Source: an uncultured Clostridium sp.
GTDB taxonomy: Bacteria; Bacillota; Clostridia; Oscillospirales; CAG-272
NCBI GenBank assembly: GCA_964463245.1
Contig: CAYXBU010000004.1
Location: forward strand, 1 to 55,467
DNA length: 55,467 nt
Reading direction: 5' to 3'
Part shown: positions 16,850 to 25,831 of the stretch, piece after piece
How positions within the stretch are numbered: the first letter of the stretch is position 1
Layout: the number at the start of each line of letters is the position of its first letter
Program-made: the position numbers and the translations under genes
Notes under the pieces: generated by a model
Told to the model about the DNA's origin: nothing
The model's input: the letters and a program-made list of their open reading frames with translations, nothing else
Databases searched by the model: none

Positions 16850-18084
16850 GATGACCACTCCTTCAGAACAGCTTCTGTGACCTCATCGATGTCACCGGAT
16901 GCCTCCACGCGACAGTCGGCTGTTTCGACATAGCGCGGGAACCGCTCCTTGTAGCGACGGCGTATGGCCTCGCGGTCGGAGGCCAACGGGCGGTCGGCGG
17001 TGGGGGTCAGCAACTCGGGCGGGCGATCCAAGAAGAACAGCCGCCCGTTCTGCCGCAGGGCGCGGACATTCTCCTCACGCAGGATGCTCCCGCCGCCGGT
17101 CGCAATGACCACTCCCGTCAGGGGGGCAAGCTCGGCTCGGATGACCTGCGACTCCAGCTCTCGGAAGCCACTCTCCCCTTCGGCGGCGAACACGGCGGGA
17201 ATGCTCCGTCCGTGCGCCTCGATGCAGGTGTCGGCATCCAAAAATCGTCTCCTCAGCCGTGCGGCCAGCCGCCGCCCGATGGTGCTCTTGCCGGAGGCGG
17301 GCATACCCGTCAGGACGATGTTCTCCCGCCCTGTCAGCATTTTTTTGTACACTTCATCGGTCGTGCCGTCGGGGTAGACCGTGTCAAGGAACAGTTCGGA
17401 GGCGCGGACGGCCTGCGCCACCAGCATATACAGCCCACCCTCGGCGGGAATGCCGCGCTCGCGCGCATCCAGCACCAGATTCGTGCGGAGGGGATTGTAG
17501 ACCGCATCCACCACCCCGCAGAGGGCGGGGAAGTAGGACAGATCCAGCAGCCTGTCCTCGGCGTGGGGGTACATCCCGACCGGGGTGGTGTTGATGAGGA
17601 AGGTAATGTCGGTGTGATGTGTCTGCAGCTGCTCGTAGGTGATACTGCCGTCCCGTCCCGTGCGCCCGACCCGCAGGATCTCGCGTGCGCCCAGGCTCTC
17701 TGCCACGGCCACCGCCGTGCGGGAGGTACCGCCGGTACCCGTGACCGCCACCTTCTGTCCGCGCAGGTCTATATTCAGGCGGCGGATGAGGGCGGTCATG
17801 CCGTACAGGTCGGTGTTGTAGCCGCAGAGCATCCCGCCTTTGTTGACCACCGTGTTGACCGCGCCGATACGGGCGGCGGTCTCCTCCACCCGGTCAAGGT
17901 ACGGGATGACCGCCCCCTTGTAGGGGATGGTCACATTGATGCCGCAGAAGTCCCGCTTGCGGAGGAAGCCCTCCAGCGCATCGGGGGGCAGGGGGCAGAG
18001 CTCGTAGTCGGGGTTGCCCAGGAGGGCATGGATGTCAGCCGAGAAGCTGTGCCCCAAACGCTCGGCGATACAGCCGTACTTCAC
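16846..18084 (-). CDS. aroE/aroK: Bifunctional shikimate dehydrogenase / shikimate kinase fusion
   Basis: 412 aa. The N-terminal ~265 aa are AroE-like (GINVTIPYK, IGAVNT, GYNTD). The C-terminal ~150 aa are AroK-like (Walker A GMPASGKST). GTG start overlaps the aroC stop (GTGA). Confidence 0.85.
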   Translation of the reverse strand: MKYGCIAERLGHSFSADIHALLGNPDYELCPLPPDALEGFLRKRDFCGINVTIPYKGAVIPYLDRVEETAARIGAVNTVVNKGGMLCGYNTDLYGMTALIRRLNIDLRGQKVAVTGTGGTSRTAVAVAESLGAREILRVGRTGRDGSITYEQLQTHHTDITFLINTTPVGMYPHAEDRLLDLSYFPALCGVVDAVYNPLRTNLVLDARERGIPAEGGLYMLVAQAVRASELFLDTVYPDGTTDEVYKKMLTGRENIVLTGMPASGKSTIGRRLAARLRRRFLDADTCIEAHGRSIPAVFAAEGESGFRELESQVIRAELAPLTGVVIATGGGSILREENVRALRQNGRLFFLDRPPELLTPTADRPLASDREAIRRRYKERFPRYVETADCRVEASGDIDEVTEAVLKEWSS

Positions 18085-19199
18085 GATGTGGCCTCCTCGC
18101 GCAAGCGATCCGGGCAGGCCAGCACGTCGGTGCCATAGCGGCGGGTGATGAGGTCGGCCAGCCCCAGAGCCGTGACCGCCTCCACCACGGGGGCGGCGCG
18201 GTGCAGGATGGCGGGATCATGCCGCCCGTGCAGGGTCAGGGTCTCCTCCCGCAGGGTGATCGGGTCGGCTGTCCGCTGGGGCTTGAAGATGGAGGGGGTC
18301 GGCTTGACCACGACTCGGAAGCGGAGGGGCATACCGTTGGTGATGCCGCCGTTAATGCCGCCGTTGCGGTTGGTCAGGGTGACGACCCGCCCGTCGCGGA
18401 TGACAAAGGGGTCGTTGGCGGTGCTCCCGCGCAGGGTGGCAAAGCCGAAGCCGTCCCCGAACTCCACCCCCTTGACGGCGGGCACCGAGAACAGGAGCTT
18501 GGACAGCTCGCCCTCCACCGTGTCAAACCACGGTTCTCCCAGCCCTACGGGCAGACCGCTGACCAGGGTCTCCAGTATCCCGCCCACGCTGTCGCCGTCC
18601 TCGGCGGCGGCGCGGATGGCCTTGATCATGCGGATGCCCGCCTCGGCATCCAGCACGGGGAAATCCATTTGCGTAAGGCGGGGAAGGTCATCCGGGGTCA
18701 AGGGACAGGTGTCCTCCACCCCCGCGACCTGCGAGATGCGGGTACCGATGCAGATACCGGCATGAGACAGGGCAGGCTCTATGATGGCGGCGGCCGCCAC
18801 GAGCGCGGCGGTCAGACGACCCGAGAAGTGCCCGCCGCCCCGCCTGTCCTCGTAGCCGTGATACTTGCAATAGCCCGCATAGTCAGCGTGACCGGGGCGG
18901 GGCAGGAAGCCCTCGGATGCATAGTCTGCCGAGTGCTGACGGGTGTTGGGGATCAGGATGGTCAGCGGTGTGCCGGTCGTGTGTCCCTGCCATGCGCCGC
19001 TGAGGATGCGGAACTCATCCGGCTCCCGCCGCCCGGTGGACAGGTCATCCTTGGGACGACGACGCGCCAGCCGCGCGGCAATATGCCCCTCGTCGATCGG
19101 GATGCCGGGGGCAAGCCCGTCCAGCACTGCGCCGATGGCCTCCCCGTGACTCTCGCCGAACAGCGTGACGGTCAGGGCTGATCCAAACGTATTCTTCAT
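18081..19199 (-). CDS. aroC: Chorismate synthase
   Basis: ORF track 18081..19379 trimmed to ATG 19199 (MKNTFGSALTVTLFGESHG), which has AAAGGAA 8 nt upstream. The 60 extra N-terminal codons in the track read through repeat copy B. Confidence 0.9.
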   Translation of the reverse strand: MKNTFGSALTVTLFGESHGEAIGAVLDGLAPGIPIDEGHIAARLARRRPKDDLSTGRREPDEFRILSGAWQGHTTGTPLTILIPNTRQHSADYASEGFLPRPGHADYAGYCKYHGYEDRRGGGHFSGRLTAALVAAAAIIEPALSHAGICIGTRISQVAGVEDTCPLTPDDLPRLTQMDFPVLDAEAGIRMIKAIRAAAEDGDSVGGILETLVSGLPVGLGEPWFDTVEGELSKLLFSVPAVKGVEFGDGFGFATLRGSTANDPFVIRDGRVVTLTNRNGGINGGITNGMPLRFRVVVKPTPSIFKPQRTADPITLREETLTLHGRHDPAILHRAAPVVEAVTALGLADLITRRYGTDVLACPDRLREEATS

Positions 19200-19230
19200 G
19201 TGCTCAGTTCCTTTTTCGTTTCTTTTTTCT

Positions 19231-19380
19231 GGGGGGAACTTCCTGAAGGAAGTTTCCCCCGGACTCCTTTCAAGGACTTTTCCGATAATTTTCCTTGTCG
19301 AGGGTAGGCTTGATGACAGTCCTTCTTGTCTCCTTCGCTTATGTGGGAGCCGTGCCCCACAGTGTATTTGAAAAATCAAG
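19231..19380 (-). repeat. Intergenic repeat family 1, copy B (inside the aromatic operon, sense orientation)
   Basis: The rc reads ...CAAATACACTGTGGGGCACGGCTCCCACATAAG...AAAGTCCTTGAAAGGAGTCCGGGGGAAACTTCCTTCAGGAAGTTCCCCCC. It fills most of the 195-nt aroB-aroC gap. Confidence 0.75.
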
Positions 19381-19394
19381 TACTTTTCGATTGT

Positions 19395-20408
19395 CTATCG
19401 CATCTCGTATGCAAGCAATTTCGCCTCCAGCTCGGAGAGCGGGGTCTTCCGTATCTCCCCGTGCCCGATCTTGTCCACGGTCACGGCATACACCGACTCC
19501 GCCTCCCGCTTCTTGTCATGCAGCAGGTAGGGGAACAGGGTGGACATGGGGGCGGGCATCTCGGTCGGGAGACCCAGCCGCGCCCAGATCGGCAAAAGTC
19601 GCTCCCGAACAGCGGGGGCGCACATCGGGAGCATCCCGAGGGCAACGCTCTCCCCGTGGGTCAGACCCCCCAAGCCCTCATGGGCTTCCAGCGCGTGCCC
19701 CAGCGTGTGCCCAAAGTTGAGGATGCGGCGAAGTCCTGCTTCCCGCTCGTCCTCTGCTACCACGGCGGCCTTGATCGCTACGGCGCGGGAGACCAGCTCC
19801 TCCATCGGCGGCAGGGGGTCTTTTTCAAAGAGAGCAAAGCCCTCGGCATCCGAGGTCAATGCCATCTTGACCGCCTCGGCCAGCCCCGAGGAGACCTGGC
19901 GGGGTGGGAGAGTAGCCAGCGTGTCGCAGTCCGCGACTACGCGGCGGGGCTGATAAAAGGAGCCGACGATGTTCTTCACGCCGCCCAGATTGACGGCGGT
20001 CTTGCCGCCGACCGAGGAGTCCACCATGGAGAGAACCGTGGTGGGCAGGTTGTAGAAGTCGATCCCCCGCATATAGATCGAGGCGGCAAAGCCGGCCAGA
20101 TCACCGACTACGCCGCCGCCTACCGCGACCACGCAGTCGGAGCGGGAGAAGCCGTGCTCCAGCATGGCGGAGAGCAAGGTCTCCAGGCAGGAAAGGCTCT
20201 TGGAACCCTCCCCCTGCGGGACGGTCACGCAGACAGGCTCTGCCGCCGCACGGCGGACGGCCTCGGCGTAGGCGGCGGGAACGCCGCTGTCGGTCACGAT
20301 CAGCACCCGCCGCCGAAGCGGGATCAGCTCCCCGATCCGCGCAAGCAGACCGTGTCCGACCAGCACGTCATAGCTGTCCTTTCCCAATTCTACCCGAACG
20401 CTCGTCAT
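19395..20408 (-). CDS. aroB: 3-dehydroquinate synthase
   Basis: ORF track 19395..20432 trimmed to ATG 20408 (MTSVRVELGKDSYDV...), an ATGA overlap with the pheA stop. Motifs GGGVVGDLAGFAA and GHTLGHALE. Confidence 0.9.
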   Translation of the reverse strand: MTSVRVELGKDSYDVLVGHGLLARIGELIPLRRRVLIVTDSGVPAAYAEAVRRAAAEPVCVTVPQGEGSKSLSCLETLLSAMLEHGFSRSDCVVAVGGGVVGDLAGFAASIYMRGIDFYNLPTTVLSMVDSSVGGKTAVNLGGVKNIVGSFYQPRRVVADCDTLATLPPRQVSSGLAEAVKMALTSDAEGFALFEKDPLPPMEELVSRAVAIKAAVVAEDEREAGLRRILNFGHTLGHALEAHEGLGGLTHGESVALGMLPMCAPAVRERLLPIWARLGLPTEMPAPMSTLFPYLLHDKKREAESVYAVTVDKIGHGEIRKTPLSELEAKLLAYEMR

Positions 20409-21496
20409 GCGCGTGCTCCTTCCCGATAGCAACCGACGATCTTGAGCTGCTCGCAGCAGGGAGCCAGATCGGAGAGCAGTGCCTTTCCCTCCGGCTCGTA
20501 CAGGTTGCCGTCTGCCTCGGCAAAGAAATAGTATTGCCAGAACAGCTCCTTCATGGGGCGACTTCGCAGGGTACGCAGGTTGAAGCCGTGCGAACCGATG
20601 ATGTCAATGGCACGAGCCAATGCCCCCGCCTGATTGGGCACGGTAAAGAGGAGGATGGAGTGGACTCCCTGCTCGGCAGACGACGGGCGGTGGGGGGTGC
20701 GGGAGAAGACCGCGAAGCGGGTGGAGTTGGTGTTGGCGGTATTGATATTCGTGGCCAGCACCTCCAGCCCGAACAGCTCCGCCGCCTCCCGTGAGGCGAT
20801 GGCGGCGACCGTCCGATCCTCGGAGTTGGCAACGAAGCGGGCGGCCAGTGCCGTGTTGGAGTGCTCCTCGGTGCGGAAGCCGTGCTTTTGAATGTAGGCG
20901 GCGCACTGACCCAGTGCCTGCGGGTGGCTGACCACCGTGCGGATGTCCGCCAGCTGTGTGCCGGGCTTGGCCAGCAGATCCTGCGTGACCGGCAGCTCGG
21001 TCATCTCGTTGACCGACAGGGAACCCGAGAACATCAGGTCGGTCACGGCACCCACCTCGCCCTGAAAGCTGTTCTCCACCGGCAGGAGCACCAGGTCGCA
21101 CTCCCCCTCCTCCACTGCACGGTAGGCGGCGGCGAAGTCCGGGTAGGGAACCGCCGTGGCGGCCGGGTAGAGCTTCCGCACGGCTAAGTGGGCGAAGGCT
21201 CCCTCGGTGCCCGCGTAGGCGACACGAACCCCCGAAAGCAGATACCGCTGGTATTGGCGGGAGACGGACATGGTGTCCCTCAGAAACTCAACATAAAAGG
21301 AGCGCAGCTCCTCCGGTACCGACTCGGCGCGCCGACTGACAATGTCGGCCTCTCGCGCCGCGTCCAGTATGGGTAGCCCGCGCTCTCCCTTGAAGGCGGC
21401 TACCGACTCGGCCGCCCGCATCCGTCGGCAGAACAGCTCTGCCATCTCGCGATCGATCTGATCAATCTCGGCTCTTGCCGCTTGTAACTCGTTCAT
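20405..21496 (-). CDS. pheA: Bifunctional chorismate mutase / prephenate dehydratase (CM-PDT-ACT)
   Basis: 363 aa. N-terminal CM helix (LQAARAEIDQIDREMAELFCRRM), a PDT core (TRF, ESRP-like SRPMK) and a C-terminal ACT region. Confidence 0.88.
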   Translation of the reverse strand: MNELQAARAEIDQIDREMAELFCRRMRAAESVAAFKGERGLPILDAAREADIVSRRAESVPEELRSFYVEFLRDTMSVSRQYQRYLLSGVRVAYAGTEGAFAHLAVRKLYPAATAVPYPDFAAAYRAVEEGECDLVLLPVENSFQGEVGAVTDLMFSGSLSVNEMTELPVTQDLLAKPGTQLADIRTVVSHPQALGQCAAYIQKHGFRTEEHSNTALAARFVANSEDRTVAAIASREAAELFGLEVLATNINTANTNSTRFAVFSRTPHRPSSAEQGVHSILLFTVPNQAGALARAIDIIGSHGFNLRTLRSRPMKELFWQYYFFAEADGNLYEPEGKALLSDLAPCCEQLKIVGCYREGARA

Positions 21497-21570
21497 GTAC
21501 CTGCCGCGGATGCTCCGCGTCTCCTTTGTGATGTATATCTTTTATTGATGAATATCTGCCATCGCTCGGA

Positions 21571-22773
21571 TCATTGTCCGGGGGTCAACCCGTATTCCTG
21601 CGCCAGAGCCATGAAGCCGGGCAGAGCCAGCTCAACTGTGCGGCGGCTGACACAGTAGGCGATCCGCACATAGCCGGGACAGCCAAAGCTGTCCGACGGG
21701 ACAAACAGGATGCCGTGGGTCTTGGCTCTCTCCAGGAAGGCATTGGCATCCGACTCGGGGGACTTCAAAAAGAGGTAGAAAGCACCCTTCGGGCAGACTG
21801 CCTCGAATCCGTAAGAGGTCAGCTCATCATACAGCAGGCGGCGGTTGCCGTCATAGACCGACAGGTCTGCCGTCTTGCCGAGGCAGGCGGGGATCATGCG
21901 CTGGAAGAGCGCGGGGGCGCAGACATAGCCCATCCCTCGCGCCGCGCCCATCAGAGCCTCGTAGACCGCACGGGCATCCGCCGCACCGGGGTGCACCAGC
22001 ACATACCCGATGCGCTCGCCCGGCAGGGACAGCGACTTACTGAAGGAGTAGCAGACCAGCGTGTTCTCGTAGTAGACAAGCGGTGCCGGGACAGACTTCC
22101 CGTCGTACACCAGCTCGCGGTACGGCTCGTCCGACACGAGGTAGATGGCGTGTCCATAGGTCGCCGACTTCTCACGGAGCAGAGCCGCCAGCGCGGTCAG
22201 CTCCTCGACCGACAGGATAGCCCCGGTGGGGTTGTTGGGGGAGTTGATCACCACCAGCCTTGTGTGCGCCGTGATGGCGCGGCCGAGAGCTTCCATGTCC
22301 GGGGCAAAGCTCGGTTCACGGGCGGGTACCTCCACGACCCGTGCGCCGGCGTGCTCCAAGAACACCCGGTATTCCGGGAAGCAGGGGGTGAGGATGACAG
22401 CCTCGTCCCCGTCTCCGGGGGAGAGCAGAGCACCAAAGCAGGCCGTCAGAGCGGCGGCGGCTCCCACTGTCAGGTAGATCAGGGCGGGGTCGACCTCGAC
22501 TCCCGTGGTCTCGCGTGTATAGGCGGCGATGGCGGCACGGACGGTCGGGTCTCCCGCCGCTGTGGTGTAGCCGTGCAGGGCGGTCGGGTCACTGTCTCGC
22601 AACAGGGTCTCCAGGGTCTCGGTGACCACCGATGGGGGCGGAACCGAGGGGTTGCCGATGGTGAAATCCAGCACGGCATCCTCGCCCGCCTCCTGCTTGC
22701 GGCGGGTCGCATACTCAAACAGCTCCCGAATGGCCGAGCGATTCGCCCCCAGCCTGCGGGCTGACTCATTCAT
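21571..22773 (-). CDS. Class I/II pyridoxal-phosphate aminotransferase (likely aromatic/aspartate aminotransferase)
   Basis: ORF track 21571..22854 trimmed to ATG 22773 (MNESARRLGANRSAIRE...). Motifs INSPNNPTG and SFSKSLSLPGERIGY (PLP lysine). Confidence 0.85.
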   Translation of the reverse strand: MNESARRLGANRSAIRELFEYATRRKQEAGEDAVLDFTIGNPSVPPPSVVTETLETLLRDSDPTALHGYTTAAGDPTVRAAIAAYTRETTGVEVDPALIYLTVGAAAALTACFGALLSPGDGDEAVILTPCFPEYRVFLEHAGARVVEVPAREPSFAPDMEALGRAITAHTRLVVINSPNNPTGAILSVEELTALAALLREKSATYGHAIYLVSDEPYRELVYDGKSVPAPLVYYENTLVCYSFSKSLSLPGERIGYVLVHPGAADARAVYEALMGAARGMGYVCAPALFQRMIPACLGKTADLSVYDGNRRLLYDELTSYGFEAVCPKGAFYLFLKSPESDANAFLERAKTHGILFVPSDSFGCPGYVRIAYCVSRRTVELALPGFMALAQEYGLTPGQ

Positions 22774-22819
22774 GTGAAAGCACTTCCTTTTCTTGTGGGT
22801 TGCGGTCGCTTGTCGCGGC

Positions 22820-23614
22820 TTACCCCAGCAGTCCGCGGTCGCTGGTGAACTCACTGCCGCTGCAGGCGGCGAACTTTTCCAGAAGCTCCGCTACGGTAAG
22901 GTTCTTTTTCTCCTCGCCCGCAATATCCAGAATGATGCGCCCCGCGTGGAGCATGATGAGCCGGTCGCCGTAGCGGATGGCATCCTTCATGTTGTGGGTG
23001 ATCATCAGGGTGGTCAGGTTCTCCTCGCGGACGATGCGCTCGGTGATGGACATGACGGTATCGGCGGTCTTGGGGTCAAGTGCGGCGGTATGCTCGTCCA
23101 GAAGGAGCAGACGCGGCTTTTGCAGGGTCGCCATCAGAAGGGTGAGAGCCTGCCGCTGACCGCCCGAGAGGGTACCGGCCTTAGCCGACAGGCGGGTCTC
23201 CAGTCCCAGCCCCAACTCGGCCAGCCGACGGCGGTAGTCCTCGCGCTCCTCGCGGCGGATGCCGGGCAGGAGGGTGCGGGACTTGCCGCGCCGATAGGCC
23301 AGCGCAAGGTTCTCCTCGATCTGCATAGCGGCGGCGGTGCCGACCATCGGGTCTTGATACACCCGCCCGAGGTATTTGGCTCGCTTGTGCTCGGGCAGGC
23401 GGGTCACATCGATGCCGTCCAAGAGGATGCTCCCCTCGTCCGGCAGCCAAGTCCCGCAGATGGCGTTCTGCATGGTGCTCTTACCGGCACCGTTGCCGCC
23501 GATGACGGTCACGAACTCGCCGTCCTGCAGGGTCAAGGACATATCATCCAGAGCCACCTTCTCATCGATGGTGCCCTTATTGAATATTTTGGTCACGTTT
23601 CGCATCTCAAGCAT
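22820..23614 (-). CDS. ABC transporter ATP-binding protein (partner of the PF04392-type binding protein)
   Basis: ORF track 22820..23677 trimmed to ATG 23614 (MLEMRNVTKIF...), an 8-nt overlap with the permease stop. Walker A GGNGAGKST, signature LSGGQRQ, Walker B LLLDEHTAALD. Confidence 0.88.
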   Translation of the reverse strand: MLEMRNVTKIFNKGTIDEKVALDDMSLTLQDGEFVTVIGGNGAGKSTMQNAICGTWLPDEGSILLDGIDVTRLPEHKRAKYLGRVYQDPMVGTAAAMQIEENLALAYRRGKSRTLLPGIRREEREDYRRRLAELGLGLETRLSAKAGTLSGGQRQALTLLMATLQKPRLLLLDEHTAALDPKTADTVMSITERIVREENLTTLMITHNMKDAIRYGDRLIMLHAGRIILDIAGEEKKNLTVAELLEKFAACSGSEFTSDRGLLG

Positions 23615-24512
23615 GGTGTTTTCCTCCCTTCCCGGAGTGGAGGCCGGTGCGGATCTTGCCGGCAACATAGGGGACACCCAAGAAGATCACGACCACCACG
23701 GCAGACAGTGCCTTGAGCAGGTCGGCATCAAGTCCTAAGAAGATGACGGTCTGGTAGACGAAGTAGTAGATGACAGCACCGACCATGACGCCACCCAGCT
23801 TGATGGCAAAGTTGGAGCCGATGTGCTTGACTACCGCCTCGCCGATGACCACGGCGGCCAGACCGATGACCACGGCGCCGCGTCCCATGTTGATGTCGGC
23901 GGCACCCTCATACTGACAGCGGAGACCGCCTGCCAGCGCGACCAGCCCGTTGGACAGAGCCAGCCCGATGATCTTGCAGACACCGGTGTTGATGCCCTGT
24001 GCGCGGCTCATGATGGGGTTGCAACCGGTCGCACGGATGGCACAGCCCAGCTCGGTGCCGAAGAAGAGGTACAGAAGCCCGACTAAGATCACCGCCGCGA
24101 TGCCCAGGAGGATCAGGGCGGAGGGGATGTTCATCTGGGACAGCAATACGGGGTAGTTACGGGCAGGGAGAGCCTGATTGGCTTTTCCCATGATCTTCAG
24201 ATTGACCGACCACAGCACCATCTGGGTCAGAATACCCGACAGGATGGCGGGGATGCCCAGCCCGATATGCAGGGCACCGGTCACACACCCGGCGATCAGC
24301 CCGGAGGCGAAGGCCGCCAGCAGTGCCAGCCATGGGTTCACACCGCTCCTCATGAGCATGGTGCAGACAGCCGCGCCGGTGCAGATCGAGCCGTCCACCG
24401 TCATATCGGCCATGTCCAGAATACGGTAGGTAATGTATACGCCCAGTGCCACGATGCCCCAGGTCAATCCCTGTGCTGCGGCACCCGGCAGGGAGGATAG
24501 CCAGTCTAACAT
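23607..24512 (-). CDS. ABC transporter permease (BPD/LivH-like fold)
   Basis: 301 aa, polytopic. Lies directly between the binding-protein and ATPase genes. Confidence 0.85.
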   Translation of the reverse strand: MLDWLSSLPGAAAQGLTWGIVALGVYITYRILDMADMTVDGSICTGAAVCTMLMRSGVNPWLALLAAFASGLIAGCVTGALHIGLGIPAILSGILTQMVLWSVNLKIMGKANQALPARNYPVLLSQMNIPSALILLGIAAVILVGLLYLFFGTELGCAIRATGCNPIMSRAQGINTGVCKIIGLALSNGLVALAGGLRCQYEGAADINMGRGAVVIGLAAVVIGEAVVKHIGSNFAIKLGGVMVGAVIYYFVYQTVIFLGLDADLLKALSAVVVVIFLGVPYVAGKIRTGLHSGKGGKHHA

Positions 24513-24563
24513 ACGGTCAACTCCTTACATTTCGTGATGGATGTTCAAGCGGACGGAGTACCG

Positions 24564-25541
24564 TCACTCGCCGATCTTCTTGTAGTCAGCGGGGGGCGTG
24601 ATGCCCAGCTCGGCGCAGACATCCGCGTTGTATTGCTTGGTGGCACTTGCATACTCAATGGGCATCTCGGAAATATCTGCCTCGCCCTTGAGGACCTTGA
24701 CTGCCATCTCACCGGTCTTGTAGCCGAGATCATAGTAGCTGATGGCAAGGGTCGCCGCGCCGCAGGCATTGCAGATACCGGATTCTCCCGCGATGACCGG
24801 TACCTTGGCGGGACGAACCACTCCGCCGATGGCCTCGGCGCAGGTGGCGGCGGTGTTATCGGTCGGGACATAGATGACATCGCTGTTGTTGGTGGCGGTC
24901 GTGGTCACCGAGATGACATCGTTGGAGTCCGAGAAGGGGAAGCGAGTGCAGACAAGACCCTTGCCGGTCAGGTATTCCGCCACGACCTTGACTTGATACT
25001 CCGAGTTCGGCTCGGCCGAGCAATAGAGGAGTCCCACCTTCTCGGCATTCGGGAACAGCTCCATGAGCATATCCGCCTGCTCAGTCAGGGGAGCGAGGTC
25101 GGAGGTGCCGGACACATTACCGCCGACGGTTCCGTTGAAGTCCTTGAGCCCCAGCGCGAAACCGTATTCGGTCACGGAGGTGCCCAAGATCGGGATGGTC
25201 TCGGTCGCGTTGTAGGCGGCCTGAAGAGCCGAGGTGGCATTGGCCATGATCAGATCCACCTTCTTGGATACAAAGGAATTGACGATGGTGGTACAGGTCT
25301 GGGTATCCCCTGCGGCGTTCTGCAGGTCAAAGGTCACATTCTCCTCGCCCAGCCCGGCGATGACGGCATCCTGAAAGCCCTTTGTGGCGGCATCCAGCGC
25401 GTCGTGGGTGGTCAGCTGGCAGATGCCGATGGTGTACTTGGTCTTGGCGCCGCAGGACGCGAGCGGCAGGACGGATGAGAGAGCCAGCACCAGTGCCAGC
25501 AGGATAAGACATACGGAACGACGGGTCTTGACGGTCTTCAT
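24564..25541 (-). CDS. ABC transporter substrate-binding lipoprotein, ABC_sub_bind (PF04392-like) family
   Basis: ORF track 24564..25643 trimmed to ATG 25541 (MKTVKTRRSVCLILLALVLALSSVLPLASCG, lipobox LASC), which has GGAGGAG 6 nt upstream. IGICQLTTHDALDAA, NVSGTSD and DVIYVPTDNT match the family pattern from memory. Confidence 0.85.
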   Translation of the reverse strand: MKTVKTRRSVCLILLALVLALSSVLPLASCGAKTKYTIGICQLTTHDALDAATKGFQDAVIAGLGEENVTFDLQNAAGDTQTCTTIVNSFVSKKVDLIMANATSALQAAYNATETIPILGTSVTEYGFALGLKDFNGTVGGNVSGTSDLAPLTEQADMLMELFPNAEKVGLLYCSAEPNSEYQVKVVAEYLTGKGLVCTRFPFSDSNDVISVTTTATNNSDVIYVPTDNTAATCAEAIGGVVRPAKVPVIAGESGICNACGAATLAISYYDLGYKTGEMAVKVLKGEADISEMPIEYASATKQYNADVCAELGITPPADYKKIGE

Positions 25542-25589
25542 AGGAAGCTCCTCCAAAATGAATAGATTTGGATACGCGAGGGGGGGGGC

Positions 25590-25632
25590 GCGGTAAAAAA
25601 GCAAAAACCGCACGGACTTGCGATCCATGCGG
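25590..25632 (-). terminator. Leader (attenuator) intrinsic terminator
   Basis: RNA: CCGCAUGGA-UCGCAAG-UCCGUGCGG (9 bp, one GU) followed by UUUUUGCUUUUUU. It sits between the leader ORF and the binding-protein RBS. Confidence 0.8.
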
Positions 25633-25714
25633 CAACACCTCATACCTTTTGCTTTCCTTTGTAAGGACGGTCGGCTTTATGCAGGTACCTGTTCATGTGC
25701 ATCACAAATCGCTT

Positions 25715-25798
25715 TTACTTCGTTTCCATAAAGGAATAAAAGTAAAAGTAGCTAAAGCTGTAAAAGCGAACTGCCATGCTGTGAGCCATGCCTGCCAT
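25715..25798 (-). CDS. Candidate Phe/Tyr-rich leader peptide (27 aa) MAGMAHSMAVRFYSFSYFYFYSFMETK
   Basis: This is the 3' part of track ORF 25715..25954. ATG 25798 has GGGAG 8 nt upstream and lies about 30 nt downstream of a consensus promoter. 5 UUU and 4 UAC/UAU codons fall within 12 codons. The stop codon is embedded in a stem. Confidence 0.6.
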   Translation of the reverse strand: MAGMAHSMAVRFYSFSYFYFYSFMETK

Positions 25799-25831
25799 CT
25801 TCCGGTCTCCCTTCCGCTGAAAGTTGTATGG

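Noticed and set aside
18081-19379. N-terminally extended versions of aroC, aroA (to 16623), rimO (to 10731), thrS (to 29163), the aminotransferase (to 22854) and others, as listed in the ORF track.
   Set aside because: The extensions cross upstream genes or repeat elements and have no RBS. Internal ATG/GTG codons with RBSs, or with ATGA/GTGA coupling, begin exactly at the conserved N-termini of the respective families.
25542-25830. T-box riboswitch as the explanation for the long leader upstream of the ABC/aromatic operon.
   Set aside because: The best T-box-like string is GAGGUGUUGCCGCAUGG. It lacks the UGGN that pairs with the tRNA NCCA end, and no Stem-I AGAGA/distal-loop motifs were found. 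The bona fide T-box at 29371-29610 shows what one looks like in this genome. A translated F/Y-rich leader ORF fits the structure better. Only a covariance-model scan could settle this formally.
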